DNA of 63,762 nt from a virus (taxonomy: Duplodnaviria; Heunggongvirae; Uroviricota; Caudoviricetes): the IMG/VR virus record IMGVR_UViG_2571042862_000001; one strand, given 5' to 3'. Positions 1 to 11,110 of this stretch are shown piece after piece (within the stretch, counting starts at the first letter, position 1; the number at the start of each line of letters is the position of its first letter). A model generated the notes under the pieces. That model was not told where the DNA came from and did not search any database. It saw nothing but the letters and a program-made list of their open reading frames with translations. Position numbers and translations under genes: made by a program.

Positions 1-1031
1 GCCTTGACTGCTTTCGGTGTGGCGGCCAGCACTTCGGACGTACTGTCAGTAGCACTACTGAGCTGAGTGATGCCTTTCGCTGTCAATGAAGCTGTTGGCA
101 CACCAGTGATCTGATTCCAGGGATGTGTATGACTGGATGGTGCCTTTCCGGCAGCTAGATCGTATGCAGCTTTAACCGCTTTTGGAGTTGCAGCTAATGT
201 TTCAGAAGTGCTGTTGGTGTCGCTACTGAGCTGAACTATCCCTTTTTGAGCCGTGGTTGCATCCTGGGCTGTATACTTCCCGTTAGCCAGGTCATATGCT
301 GCCTTGACTGCTTTCGGTGTGGCGGCCAGCACTTCGGACGTACTGTTAGTAGCACTACTGAGCTGAACTAATCCCTTTTGCGTTGTGCTTGCATCCTGCG
401 CCGTATACTTGCTTTTCGCCAGATCGTAGGCTTTTTTAACTGCCAGCGAACTCGCAGCAACATCACTTCTGGTACTGGTTACAGAGTCTGAAATATCAAT
501 GCCGATCGTGCGGTTGATACGCTCGGATGTATCAATCATCTCTTGAGTAATGGTAGATACGCCAGCAGGGATATTCACCGTACAAACCAGCAGTTCCCCA
601 TCACCTAACTGATATGAATCGGTATAGGTTCTGGCAACAAATTCAGCTGCATGAATATGTGACGCGGTATTCACCTGATAGGTATCTTCTCCAAGAAGGT
701 ATCTTCCCTTCAGCACAATTGCATATTTCTTGCCTGCGTTAAGTGCAAGAGATATATCCTTACGATGCTGAATAGTTACCTGGTAGAATTCACCAATATC
801 CACTGACGCCGCGCCAGCGGTTTTATCTCCATCCACTGAGGTGATTAACAGGTTCATCCCACCGCCAGGCTTAGGCAAGAAACCAGCATAAAATCCCGGG
901 TCAACAATTCCCCTGAATTTTCGGTTTAGAGCGGCTGACAGATATGGTTCGTGGTATTGCACATCAGCCACCAGAGCCAACGACTCGGGTGATGGGTAAG
1001 TAACCGATGTAACAACTGTAACGTCATTCAT
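1..1031 (-). CDS. tail fibre protein, N-terminal part (start codon at 1029-1031; gene continues beyond window start)
   Basis: Minus-strand frame opens with MNDVTVVTSVTYPSPESLALVADVQYHEPYL and runs off the window; it contains tandem ~120-bp units encoding ..SSATNSTSEVLAATPKAVKAAYDLANGKYTAQDATTAQKG.. repeats typical of P1/Mu-type tail fibres. Confidence 0.8.
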   Translation of the reverse strand, partial: MNDVTVVTSVTYPSPESLALVADVQYHEPYLSAALNRKFRGIVDPGFYAGFLPKPGGGMNLLITSVDGDKTAGAASVDIGEFYQVTIQHRKDISLALNAGKKYAIVLKGRYLLGEDTYQVNTASHIHAAEFVARTYTDSYQLGDGELLVCTVNIPAGVSTITQEMIDTSERINRTIGIDISDSVTSTRSDVAASSLAVKKAYDLAKSKYTAQDASTTQKGLVQLSSATNSTSEVLAATPKAVKAAYDLANGKYTAQDATTAQKGIVQLSSDTNSTSETLAATPKAVKAAYDLAAGKAPSSHTHPWNQITGVPTASLTAKGITQLSSATDSTSEVLAATPKAVK

Positions 1032-1042
1032 CAAGCATATCC

Positions 1043-1477
1043 TTATGCTGTAGTCGAGTTTATGGCCATAACTGCGGTATATGTTTTGCCCACATACAGC
1101 GAGTCTTCTTGGACACAAATAATGGCGATTGGCTTATTCTCGTTATCCAGAACAACCAGAGTGTTGAATGGGTAGTTTTTCCCTTCCTGCAACTGACTTT
1201 GATCAAGGTCCATTCGGACAGTAATTATCCCGCCTGAGTAGGTTGGGACGAGGTTGATGGTGCAAAATTGACTGGTCAGTTCTGCCAGATCGAAAGCCTT
1301 TGGCAGTTCTCCAATCTCATAAGTGCCATCTCCTTTCTTAGTAACCAGTGAACTGGTACCGAAAACGGCCTTGCTGATTAAAAATCGAGAGCCTTTGTTA
1401 ATGGACGATTCAGCGCGCCGCTGATAGTAATAGTCCAACAACTGACTCTTATAGAGGTTTGTTGAGACGTCAGACAT
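1043..1477 (-). CDS. tail fibre-associated structural/assembly protein (position of P1 R)
   Basis: 144-aa ORF immediately upstream of the fibre gene in the same operon; no diagnostic motif. Confidence 0.4.
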   Translation of the reverse strand: MSDVSTNLYKSQLLDYYYQRRAESSINKGSRFLISKAVFGTSSLVTKKGDGTYEIGELPKAFDLAELTSQFCTINLVPTYSGGIITVRMDLDQSQLQEGKNYPFNTLVVLDNENKPIAIICVQEDSLYVGKTYTAVMAINSTTA

Positions 1478-1555
1478 GATTTTCCCTAATCAATGTTGTG
1501 AAGCCTCATTGTAAGATAAGTAACTTGTCACCCCGCCCTGCGGACGGGGTGATTG

Positions 1556-2395
1556 TCACGCATCGCTATCCAACAGCAAATCATCTGCGCGGGTGCGATC
1601 AAACGTAGGCGTTGCTTTCACAATAGTGCCGCCCGGCGTTGCAGTGATCGGGGCGTTAATCGACGTAACTTCAGTAAGCGAAGTTGTATCCGAAGTTTCA
1701 AACCAGCAGAATGCTTTTTCGGTATCAGAAATCTCATTCAAAGTGATCATGTCGGCCTGTTCATTTACAACAACCGACAAATAGAGCGTAAGCCCATCAA
1801 ACACTATATGCAGTGGCAGTAGAGGCTTTACGAACTGATTAAACTTTCTGAGAATTTCTTCTGTAATTGCGGACTGATCTATCGATCCAGTAATACCCAT
1901 TGTCCGGGCCAGGTCGTTTATGGGAATACTGATCATTCCTCTGGAAGTCAGAAACATCTCGCCGAATGTGCCGCCGGTGGTTTCCAGTGTGCTTTCTGGA
2001 ATCAGGACCGTGCCATAGGGATGACGTTCAAAGTCCACCGGAGCATATATGGGATCCCATAAAACCGATATACCGTTAAATTCGCGATAAATTGTCTGGT
2101 TTATAGGGCGTTCAGTACCCTTAAAATGGATCTCATCAAACCGCTGTTGTAACAACATCGGAACGGAAGATGAATTCGACGTTCTGATAGTAAAAAACTG
2201 GCCAAGTTCATTTGTCCTAGTCTCCAGATCCTCCTTGCTCATGGAGAAAATAGACTTCCGGTTGGTAATTCGCTCCAACCATGGGTCAACAAAGGTGTCC
2301 ATCATTGACTGAACCAAATCAGCCAATGATTTATAAAGTAATGACTTTTGCTTAGCTGATGTAAGCCGGTTATTAAACCAGGAACGCTGCATCAC
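1556..2395 (-). CDS. baseplate protein (gpI-like by synteny)
   Basis: 279-aa ORF, overlaps upstream gene by 4 nt (translational coupling); order W-like/J-like/I-like/fibre. Confidence 0.4.
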   Translation of the reverse strand: MMQRSWFNNRLTSAKQKSLLYKSLADLVQSMMDTFVDPWLERITNRKSIFSMSKEDLETRTNELGQFFTIRTSNSSSVPMLLQQRFDEIHFKGTERPINQTIYREFNGISVLWDPIYAPVDFERHPYGTVLIPESTLETTGGTFGEMFLTSRGMISIPINDLARTMGITGSIDQSAITEEILRKFNQFVKPLLPLHIVFDGLTLYLSVVVNEQADMITLNEISDTEKAFCWFETSDTTSLTEVTSINAPITATPGGTIVKATPTFDRTRADDLLLDSDA

Positions 2396-3825
2396 TCCTC
2401 CTCATACGAAATATTAAAGGTGGAGTTTTCTGTATCCAGATAAACGAAATCGTAAAAGCCGTTGGACTCATTCCACTCGACAAATTCCAGATAAAAGTCG
2501 CGGAAATAGCCCAGCGTTTCGATAAACGCCCAAACGTCTTTTTTCTTAATCAGGATGTACTTTCCGACGCGGTTCGGATCAAAGAAAGTTGAATCGCGCC
2601 CAAATTTTGTTTCCAGTGCCGACTTCAGCTCATCGGTCACGTTCTCAATGGTCAGGCTTGCCGATATCCGCCCGGTGATGGTGATCTTAAAGGGTAGTTT
2701 TCTGACCTCTTTATACGAGAATTTCTTGTTCAGTTCATTCGGTACCTTCTTAAAGGCAGTCAGGATCATTTCTTCAAGCTCTGACTGGCTTTTATTTGGA
2801 TGCCATCCTGAAATAAATATCTTATTGATATTCTGAACATTATAAGCACCATCTAATTTCTCTTGCTGGCCCTCGCCCCATGCTTTTACCCAGGACAGGC
2901 CAGGGATGTTCCGCACCAGAAAATACGTATAGTCCCCGCCCCATACGACCTGATCATCATAGGCAAGGTAATATTGTGCACGGTTACGTGTGATCTCCGT
3001 TGTTTCGGCATCGGTACCTGCGGTTATTGGTGTCGTTGTCTTAACTGAAATCAAATTAGCTAAATTAGCCGCAGAATCGACAGGCGTCAGGTTTTGGCCA
3101 GCAACCAGGGTTATATCGCCGTTGGTGCACCATACTTTAAGCGTAATTGTCGAGCCTTCTGGCGGTATTTGCCCAATTAGCCCATCGCCGAATCGAACCC
3201 CCAACTGCTCGGATGGTTTATAAAACTCAACGTAGACCTGGCTTTTACTACCGGCTAACCGGAACATAGTGCTGGAAGACCACTGCGTGGTCTTACCATC
3301 GGTAGTCACGAATACTTCCAGCTTATAGCAGACAGCAGTGAGAGACTTTGATAACACGACTTCCAGAAATTCTTTGGCTGCCGTAACGGTATATGTCACC
3401 TCCTGAATTTCCAACTGCGCCACTTCTACCGTACCGGTGCCGTCAACCAATCTGCATACATCCATAGTCATGTAAGGGTACTGGTCGTCAGATATTAAAG
3501 GCATGTTTTTGGGGATTACCGCTGGGGCATCTTCACTTGTGGCGGTGATCTCAATCATCCCCGATGACGGTGTTGGCTTGGTACCAACGTAACTATTCGT
3601 TTCTGCCGCAGCCAGGATAGAGGAACGCCGCGTCGCGGTCGATATAAAGCCTTCAGCCAGCGCCGCATCGGCATATTGAAAACACCTGTACACAATCTGG
3701 GTAATAAACAATGTCAGCATCGAGACAAATTGAGAGCCGACAAACTTCGACCAGAATGAGTCTTTCTCGACAAGCTCTTCAAACTCTGCACGAATACTGT
3801 CTTTAGTCGGTGTTGTTTTACTCAT
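2392..3825 (-). CDS. baseplate wedge protein (gpJ-like by synteny)
   Basis: 477-aa ORF between a gp25/W-like small protein and the I-like gene; 4-nt overlaps at both ends. Confidence 0.45.
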   Translation of the reverse strand: MSKTTPTKDSIRAEFEELVEKDSFWSKFVGSQFVSMLTLFITQIVYRCFQYADAALAEGFISTATRRSSILAAAETNSYVGTKPTPSSGMIEITATSEDAPAVIPKNMPLISDDQYPYMTMDVCRLVDGTGTVEVAQLEIQEVTYTVTAAKEFLEVVLSKSLTAVCYKLEVFVTTDGKTTQWSSSTMFRLAGSKSQVYVEFYKPSEQLGVRFGDGLIGQIPPEGSTITLKVWCTNGDITLVAGQNLTPVDSAANLANLISVKTTTPITAGTDAETTEITRNRAQYYLAYDDQVVWGGDYTYFLVRNIPGLSWVKAWGEGQQEKLDGAYNVQNINKIFISGWHPNKSQSELEEMILTAFKKVPNELNKKFSYKEVRKLPFKITITGRISASLTIENVTDELKSALETKFGRDSTFFDPNRVGKYILIKKKDVWAFIETLGYFRDFYLEFVEWNESNGFYDFVYLDTENSTFNISYEEE

Positions 3826-4181
3826 AGCACCACGTCCTGTGTGATAGTTATGTCCCTGATACGAATGGATATTTTCAACTTATCAAAAGCATCTCCCTCG
3901 GCTACTGACAAGCCAGAAATCGGTATGTCGGGTAAATCTACCGTCAGTTTTTGCAAAAGCATTGCCTCAACCGCAATTTGAACATGCGACAAGTTGGTCG
4001 GTTCGTGTTTAAACTGCGGTAAAACATTGCCCCATGACGGATCTCCGTATACCTCACCCTGATAAGTGTTTAGCCACTCATATAAACGAGCGCCCCAGGC
4101 CTCCTCCTGGGACTCATACGTTTTTACGCCGGATAACTCCAGCGTCAGTAAAGGATCAATTTCATTATTGTTGGCCATCAA
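3822..4181 (-). CDS. small baseplate protein (gp25/GpW-like)
   Basis: 119-aa ORF directly downstream of the tape-measure-like gene, overlapping both neighbours by 4 nt. Confidence 0.4.
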   Translation of the reverse strand: MMANNNEIDPLLTLELSGVKTYESQEEAWGARLYEWLNTYQGEVYGDPSWGNVLPQFKHEPTNLSHVQIAVEAMLLQKLTVDLPDIPISGLSVAEGDAFDKLKISIRIRDITITQDVVL

Positions 4182-7100
4182 TCAACTCTCGCGTAGTCAT
4201 TCATCAACGGATCATCAATTGACAGTGGTACCGTGCGCATAACGCCCGGCTGAGGCGTGCTGACCTTTACGACAGTTCCCTGGCCTTTCGCCGAGTCTTT
4301 GGTGTGCTCTTCAATCCTGGCAAGCAATGAGGTCATCTGCGCAAACAGCCGCTTCGTTTCACCATCAAGTGAAACGGTATTATCAGCCAACTGCATTGTC
4401 GGCTTGGCACCGGAACCGCCAAGGTCACTAATAACCTGCCCGTCTATCTGCATACGACCGGTTGGTTGCTGCAAATCGTTGGCGGCAGTCGTCACCTGGG
4501 ACGTGGAGGCTGGTTGAGGAGAATTATTTGAGCGCATTCCCCGGGCATTAATGAGTTTGTCATACAGCCCATCAATCCCCATTTGTGCACCGAGTTGGTC
4601 AAAGTAACTTGAGTTGTTTGCTACCGGACGCGCCTCTTCAACTGGCATCGGGGTATCAACATACACATTGCCAGCTGCTGTTGCGGTCCCCTTCCCTCGT
4701 GCACGTTCTTCGAGCGTTCCCTGAACGACTTCCCGACGCATACCCCGGCCATTCATGAATTTGTTGACCAGATCGTTAACGCCAACAGCATTGCCGATTT
4801 TGTCTACCAGACCGCCTTTCTCAAACGGGCTATCACCAGGGGTAAACGCCAAGCCAGTAGACTGATCGATAACAGCGTTATCAGGCAGTGGTCCCCTCAC
4901 TCCATATTGCGCCCCACCCTGTGCTCCTGCTCCAGGTGTATAGATTTCACCACCTAAATAGCGAGCACGATGAGTATTGACCTTGATCGCGTACTCACGG
5001 TTTTCTTTCGATAAGTCACCTGTGCCTTTTTTCCACTTATTGATAGTGCCAAACCCAGCGTTATATGCAGTGATGGCCTCGTTTAAGTCTCCATTGGCTT
5101 GCTTCAGATACTTGCTCATGAGAAGAGCCGCAGCTTCTGCCGATTTTTCCGGATTAAAAGAATCTTCCCGGGATAATCCAGTTTCCTCACGAGCAACGCT
5201 CGTAAACTGGAACATTCCGAGAGCGCCACCACTTAGCTTTCCATTTGGTGATCTTGTAAGCGTAGATTTTGCGTTAGGATCACCACCAGATTCAGTTGCA
5301 GCGATCGCGTAAAGAGTACCTTCAGGAAGGCCATATTTATTCTCTAGTTCAGCAAAATACGGAGCCAACTTATCGAGATTTGCCTTACCTTCAGCGCCAA
5401 GACTTCCGACTTTTACATCCAAGTTGCCATTATTGTAGGTATCCGCAGCTTTCTGAATGTCATTCCTGGTGCCAGTGGTATTAAGCGAGGATGATGACGA
5501 GCTATTTTGACCAATAGCTTTATCAATTTTCTGCAACGCGCGATTGCCCGTTTCTACGGCATTTGCATTGATAATCTGATTGGCAGTTTGTTTAACTGTT
5601 TTATTGCTATCTTTCGCTGTGTCCAGTGCCGCATTTATCACGCGGGTAGCAATATTACTCTGTTTGGCATCGGATTCAGTTTTAGAATTAGACGTCTCCT
5701 GGTGGCTATTAACCGGAGCTTTTAACTCTGGAGTGATTTCTTTCGCATTAGCCTCGCCGATCGGATTGGGTATTTTTGATACAATCATTGCCGCAGGGGT
5801 ATTTTTAACGGCATCAACCGCTGCATCTAATGCTTTACCGGGTAAATTTTTAACCCCATCCCAAATATTACCAGCCGCCTCTTTAATGTGTTTCCCTGGG
5901 TTCTTAATGAAATCAATTGCACTATCAATTGCATCACTGAAAACCTGTTTCAGGTTATCGACAGTAAAGAAGTCTTTGATGGCATCCAGCTTTTCAAGCA
6001 GCTTATTAGATGTATCGCTAAACCATGCTGAAACAGCATCACCAATCTTTGCTGTGTAATCATCGAACTTGGTAGAAATGGTGTCGCCAAGGTTAGAAAT
6101 ATATGTTTCTAAGTTGGTAATCCCACTATCAATGGCCTGGGCAATACTTTCCGTCGAAAATGATTGCAACATATTGCCGATATCCTCAAATCCAAGTGAT
6201 TTGAGAACATCACCAATAGCACTGCTAATACCAGATACCAGTCCCCCCAAATCAAGAACATTGGCTAACGTATAAGCGGCTTTTTGCTGGAATGATGGAT
6301 CTTGTCCTGATTTAAGCCCAAACGCTCGACGTTGCGCTTCTGTATCATTCCAACCGGTTACCGCATCATAAATACCTCCAGCCACTGTGCCGACTAGGGG
6401 AATTGCGCGTAACGCCCCTTTACCAACTGCCTTTAATCCAAGTTTACCTGCTGCCCGGGCAGTCAAATCTCCGCCTTCATGGGCGAGAGTCTTCTTGCCA
6501 CCACCGCGTAGCATTCCTACAAGTTTCTTTGCCCCCAGAGCGCCAAAAGCGAGTGCTCCAGCTTTTTTCAGCATGCCACGCCCCATTAACAACGACACGA
6601 CGCCACCGGCCCCCTTCCCTAACAGGCTAAATAGTTTGGACAGCAAGCCGCCCTTCTTTTTCCCGGTGTTTTTGGCTATCTGATCAAGGGCGCTGAGAAT
6701 CTTGTCATTGCCCTCTTTAATTTCGCTGGTCTGCTCCTGAAGTTCCTGAACAGTCCGTTTTTGGGTGTTAACCTGAACGACATCGGCACTATTTTGCGAT
6801 TTACGCCTAAAAAAACCTTTTCTACGGCTGTTATCGTCATTGCCACGAATCACATCGGCAATAGACTTTCTGGCACCATTAAGCGATCCACCAACTTCTT
6901 TTGATATCCCGCCAAGCTCCTTCCCTGCTGCCCACAATGGACCAGCAACGGCATAACCTAACGCATCGACGGCACGAGTCTCTGAAGGGTTACCTATGCC
7001 TTCAGCTACTTTTGACAGTTTTTTTAATAAACCTGATTCAGCATTTAGACGCTCATCATCCTCTTTGCGCCTGGCCTTTTCAGCACGTTCAGCACGTTCA

Positions 7101-7609
7101 GCACGGGCATCTTCCGCTGCGGCCTTACTCCCTGACTTTCCAATAAAACGACCACGCGCATCGCGTTGGTTTTGGCTTTTTTGCGCACCGCCTTTTTGAT
7201 CGAACATTTCGCGAGCGTGTTCGGCTGCTTCGGTCCGTTGTGCCTTTATATCCTCTGGTATAGCCTTCCTGCGTCGTTTTTTACCCTTTGGTGTAGTTGA
7301 TTTGGCCTGCTGTTCCTGTTGAGCAATGCCCTCCTGAACTACACGAGAAACGTCCCCTAAATTAAGCCGTTTCATTGCGTCAACAATAGGGTCCACTGAT
7401 GGCGCATTGGTCACAAAGTCAGGACGTGAATTTTCGATTGTGCGATTTAATGCCGACACACTGCGAGAGACAGGATCAACAGTTGCAACGCGTCCCCCTT
7501 TCAAATCTTCAACAGCTTCCCGGATACCTGCAAGCTCTTCCAGCTCTTTTGCGCTGGCGGTTTCAACTGTCCTTATAACATCGTCAATGTTGGCGTTTTT
7601 TCTTTCCAT
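4178..7609 (-). CDS. sit: Sit-like tape-measure/injection protein with soluble lytic transglycosylase domain
   Basis: 1143-aa ORF; SLT motifs GTLYAIAATESGGDPNAKS ... GMFQF ... AITAYNAGFG (approx nt 4970-5400); Gly/Lys-rich low-complexity stretch; ERAERAEK 9-bp tandem repeats. Confidence 0.85.
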   Translation of the reverse strand: MERKNANIDDVIRTVETASAKELEELAGIREAVEDLKGGRVATVDPVSRSVSALNRTIENSRPDFVTNAPSVDPIVDAMKRLNLGDVSRVVQEGIAQQEQQAKSTTPKGKKRRRKAIPEDIKAQRTEAAEHAREMFDQKGGAQKSQNQRDARGRFIGKSGSKAAAEDARAERAERAEKARRKEDDERLNAESGLLKKLSKVAEGIGNPSETRAVDALGYAVAGPLWAAGKELGGISKEVGGSLNGARKSIADVIRGNDDNSRRKGFFRRKSQNSADVVQVNTQKRTVQELQEQTSEIKEGNDKILSALDQIAKNTGKKKGGLLSKLFSLLGKGAGGVVSLLMGRGMLKKAGALAFGALGAKKLVGMLRGGGKKTLAHEGGDLTARAAGKLGLKAVGKGALRAIPLVGTVAGGIYDAVTGWNDTEAQRRAFGLKSGQDPSFQQKAAYTLANVLDLGGLVSGISSAIGDVLKSLGFEDIGNMLQSFSTESIAQAIDSGITNLETYISNLGDTISTKFDDYTAKIGDAVSAWFSDTSNKLLEKLDAIKDFFTVDNLKQVFSDAIDSAIDFIKNPGKHIKEAAGNIWDGVKNLPGKALDAAVDAVKNTPAAMIVSKIPNPIGEANAKEITPELKAPVNSHQETSNSKTESDAKQSNIATRVINAALDTAKDSNKTVKQTANQIINANAVETGNRALQKIDKAIGQNSSSSSSLNTTGTRNDIQKAADTYNNGNLDVKVGSLGAEGKANLDKLAPYFAELENKYGLPEGTLYAIAATESGGDPNAKSTLTRSPNGKLSGGALGMFQFTSVAREETGLSREDSFNPEKSAEAAALLMSKYLKQANGDLNEAITAYNAGFGTINKWKKGTGDLSKENREYAIKVNTHRARYLGGEIYTPGAGAQGGAQYGVRGPLPDNAVIDQSTGLAFTPGDSPFEKGGLVDKIGNAVGVNDLVNKFMNGRGMRREVVQGTLEERARGKGTATAAGNVYVDTPMPVEEARPVANNSSYFDQLGAQMGIDGLYDKLINARGMRSNNSPQPASTSQVTTAANDLQQPTGRMQIDGQVISDLGGSGAKPTMQLADNTVSLDGETKRLFAQMTSLLARIEEHTKDSAKGQGTVVKVSTPQPGVMRTVPLSIDDPLMNDYARVD

Positions 7610-7690
7610 GATCTTATCGCCTACCGTTTCGGTTTAAGTTTTTCTTCCAGTTTCTCCAACAGGAAAAACGCATAGGATTCAGTAAGCCTT

Positions 7691-8572
7691 TCAGCGTCCT
7701 GAATCGGTATACCCCCATACAAAACCAGGTTGGACACTAAGGTCTGATAGCTTTTCAATCCCCACCTGTGGAATGAAGTCGGTAGCCCGAAAGGGCACCC
7801 ACAGACGGGTATACGCACCCTCTGTGGACTCCTTTCTATCCTGATTTGGGCATTTATGCGGCGGGAGACGAAGACGCATTTCACCTTTATCGATGTAGCA
7901 CGGTAAACCATGTTCGAGCTTTTCATGAGCCAGTCGGATGTGTGCCGCCAGCTTCATAAATTCAGTATCAATGGCCATCTGTTTAATCGTTTCATAACGA
8001 CGCTCAGCCTGATCTTCACGAGTACCACTAACATCGTTATAAAGCTCACACTGATAAGCGAATTCCCAAAAACGCAAATCAACGATCGCTTCTTTGAATT
8101 CCGCGTCGTCTTCAGGTGGCAATGCTGCACGGCGCATCTCCAGCATTTCCATTGCCCAACCATCAAGCGGCACGATACGCCATTGATAAGGTACTCCCTC
8201 TACAGGCACCTCAATATCGTCAATGAACGGTTCCACTTCCAGGACCTGGATATCTTCAGCCAGAGCATTCATATCGCAATCGTAATAATGCTCTTTACCG
8301 CAATGTTTACAGGTGTAGGTGAATGTCTCGACCGGTGTTTCACGGGAGCCGGTAAATATCCACCATAACGCGGTAATCCGGTCCTGCGCCGTCCATGTCA
8401 GGGGATCATGTTTCGCGGGTTCAGCCAGCAAGGCTTTTAAATACGCCGTTGTCTGTTGTTCTTGTTCCTCCGGTGTTATCGAGTTGAAACGCATCGCATC
8501 AGCAATATTTGGCTGACGGAACTGGATCAATTCAGTTGGCCGCGATGGTAGCGGGAAAAGGGGTAAAAGCAT
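7691..8572 (-). CDS. tail morphogenesis protein
   Basis: 293-aa ORF in tail operon; no motif recognised. Confidence 0.4.
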   Translation of the reverse strand: MLLPLFPLPSRPTELIQFRQPNIADAMRFNSITPEEQEQQTTAYLKALLAEPAKHDPLTWTAQDRITALWWIFTGSRETPVETFTYTCKHCGKEHYYDCDMNALAEDIQVLEVEPFIDDIEVPVEGVPYQWRIVPLDGWAMEMLEMRRAALPPEDDAEFKEAIVDLRFWEFAYQCELYNDVSGTREDQAERRYETIKQMAIDTEFMKLAAHIRLAHEKLEHGLPCYIDKGEMRLRLPPHKCPNQDRKESTEGAYTRLWVPFRATDFIPQVGIEKLSDLSVQPGFVWGYTDSGR

Positions 8573-8586
8573 CCTTGCTCCTTAAT

Positions 8587-9198
8587 TCAAAGAGAAAAAC
8601 TAAAGCCCAGAAGGGAAGCCAAAGAACTTGAGGATTGGTTAAACGTGCTGTGCAATGCGAAGGTCATTGGGAATGACTTAAATTCCGTAACCTGATCCCG
8701 CGCATAGGTGACATCGCCGGTAGTGACCGGGAATACCGTCATCTCATTTTCCAGTTTGGTTAAGCCGGAAGACAGCAACCGATAAATACGCACATTGAGC
8801 AAATATTTAGACGGTATATTCCCGGTACCGTCCGGATTGATCACCCGACTTTTTGCCGTCTTAAACCAGTCCAAAACGAGGCCATCAACGGTATCCCTGA
8901 CCATCATTGTTATCTGCCCAGGCGAACGCTCTGTTGGTTGAAGGATATTCCCTCCGCCGATTTTAATCGTTTCATATTCGATGCTGTAATCGTGGTAGGT
9001 AATGTCTTTGGCAAAGAAGTCTGCCCCCTCCAGTCCATCAACTTCGACAGAGAACTGCCATCCTTGCGCGAACAGCATTTTGTTCATGATGATTGACGTC
9101 AGCTTACCAACTTCCCGCTCACCAACGCCGGAGCCAAATAATGTCGTCGTTAATGCCGAAGATACATAAGACTTTACTGAAGCAACATTAAGCCCCAT
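8587..9198 (-). CDS. tail structural protein (possibly tube)
   Basis: 203-aa ORF in tail operon upstream of the tape-measure-like gene. Confidence 0.35.
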   Translation of the reverse strand: MGLNVASVKSYVSSALTTTLFGSGVGEREVGKLTSIIMNKMLFAQGWQFSVEVDGLEGADFFAKDITYHDYSIEYETIKIGGGNILQPTERSPGQITMMVRDTVDGLVLDWFKTAKSRVINPDGTGNIPSKYLLNVRIYRLLSSGLTKLENEMTVFPVTTGDVTYARDQVTEFKSFPMTFALHSTFNQSSSSLASLLGFSFSL

Positions 9199-9208
9199 AT
9201 CAGCCCCC

Positions 9209-9799
<591 letters not shown>

Positions 9800-9929
9800 T
9801 TAACCGATTCTACGAGTAGTCATTTGTTCATTGAGTAGGAATATTGTTGTCTGGGGGGTAATCAGTGTAGGTGGAATGAGGGATATGATATGGTTATCAC
9901 ATAATCAGGTTGTTTTGAGTAAAACAATA

Positions 9930-9956
9930 AAACGCCCTTTAATGGGCGTTTTTTTA
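9930..9956. terminator. bidirectional rho-independent terminator
   Basis: hairpin aacgccctttaatgggcgtt flanked by A-run and T-run. Confidence 0.6.
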
Positions 9957-9984
9957 AAACTTAAATTGACTATCCTTTCAAATA

Positions 9985-10764
9985 CTATTTTAATTCTATG
10001 TAATTTTTAAATTCTCCCTCATATTTATACATGATGCTATCAAATCCTTCCATTACATCAACGAATTGTTGTGAACATTCCGGCTTCCAAGGCGTACACT
10101 TACGAACCATATCCATTTTTTTCTTATCCTTCGTTGTATCGACTAAGGATAGGTACCCTATAAAATTCATCATCTGAACAGGATCTTGATTTGTGAATAT
10201 ATATTTGACGTTTTGCTTAGTAGGTGAAAAAGAATCAAAAGCAGGGAACATATATTCACCAGAAAAAGAGAGTGCAGCATCAATGACGTCTGTTGCAGGA
10301 GTGCAGTTGCTCAGAATTGGCACTAAGCTAAAATTAGCACCTGAGCACACTGCATATATATCATCCCCTTTTTTTAGTTTTAACAGAGAGTCTTGCTTTG
10401 AATCCAATATTTTCAATTTGATATAATTTAGTGGCGTTGCATTTTCCCCTGGAGTAAATAACTCTACAATTGGTTTATTATTCACCATTCTTATGGATTT
10501 TATTTCACCATACACAATTGGAATTGTGTTCCATTTTTCCTGAGCAGCAAATTCATTATCTTTAAAATCATTAACCAACTCAGATGGCAAATGATAACCA
10601 AATTGATTGTTCATTGCTTTCGAAGCAAATCCAGACAAATAGAATGCCCTTACTAAATCATAATCTTTCTTTGAGGTAGAAAGCCAATCTGGCAATTTAT
10701 TATCAGCTATCGCGCTTCCAGCAAAAATAGCACAACAAAATGTTATTACATTAAATAATTTCAT
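9985..10764 (-). CDS. secreted protein with signal peptide (superinfection-exclusion Sim-like position)
   Basis: ORF visibly AT-rich; signal peptide MKLFNVITFCCAIFAGSAIA from internal Met (track ORF 9985..10797). Confidence 0.5.
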   Translation of the reverse strand: MKLFNVITFCCAIFAGSAIADNKLPDWLSTSKKDYDLVRAFYLSGFASKAMNNQFGYHLPSELVNDFKDNEFAAQEKWNTIPIVYGEIKSIRMVNNKPIVELFTPGENATPLNYIKLKILDSKQDSLLKLKKGDDIYAVCSGANFSLVPILSNCTPATDVIDAALSFSGEYMFPAFDSFSPTKQNVKYIFTNQDPVQMMNFIGYLSLVDTTKDKKKMDMVRKCTPWKPECSQQFVDVMEGFDSIMYKYEGEFKNYIELK

Positions 10765-10771
10765 TTTCCAT

Positions 10772-11089
10772 TCACTCATTAATCGGTTTAAACTCACTAA
10801 TTAATTCACCAAGACTATTTGGGTATGCTTTATAAATAACATACTCCGAAGAGCCATCTGAATATTGGTAAACCCCATAACAGACCAGTTTATTTATTCC
10901 TTTCTGAATAGTTTTTTGATTATAAGAATCAACCACTGTTATTCCATATGACGATAATATTTCGTTATATTCTTCAATAAGAGCTTTTCTTGTTTCCACT
11001 GAATTACAATCTACCTTCGAAAAGTCAACTTCATCAGCAAAAACATTAAATGTTAAAAAGGAAAGCACTAAAAACAAACGAATCAGCAT
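10772..11089 (-). CDS. small secreted protein
   Basis: signal peptide MLIRLFLVLSFLTFNVFA; AT-rich; same operon. Confidence 0.45.
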   Translation of the reverse strand: MLIRLFLVLSFLTFNVFADEVDFSKVDCNSVETRKALIEEYNEILSSYGITVVDSYNQKTIQKGINKLVCYGVYQYSDGSSEYVIYKAYPNSLGELISEFKPINE

Positions 11090-11110
11090 AAATCCACTCC
11101 TACGCATGGA

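Noticed and set aside
4257-7199. Multiple plus-strand ORFs (for example 5580..6059, 6387..6683) inside the sit gene
   Set aside because: Antisense to a long, motif-supported ORF; compositionally biased translations (Pro/Ser/Ala runs) typical of shadow ORFs.
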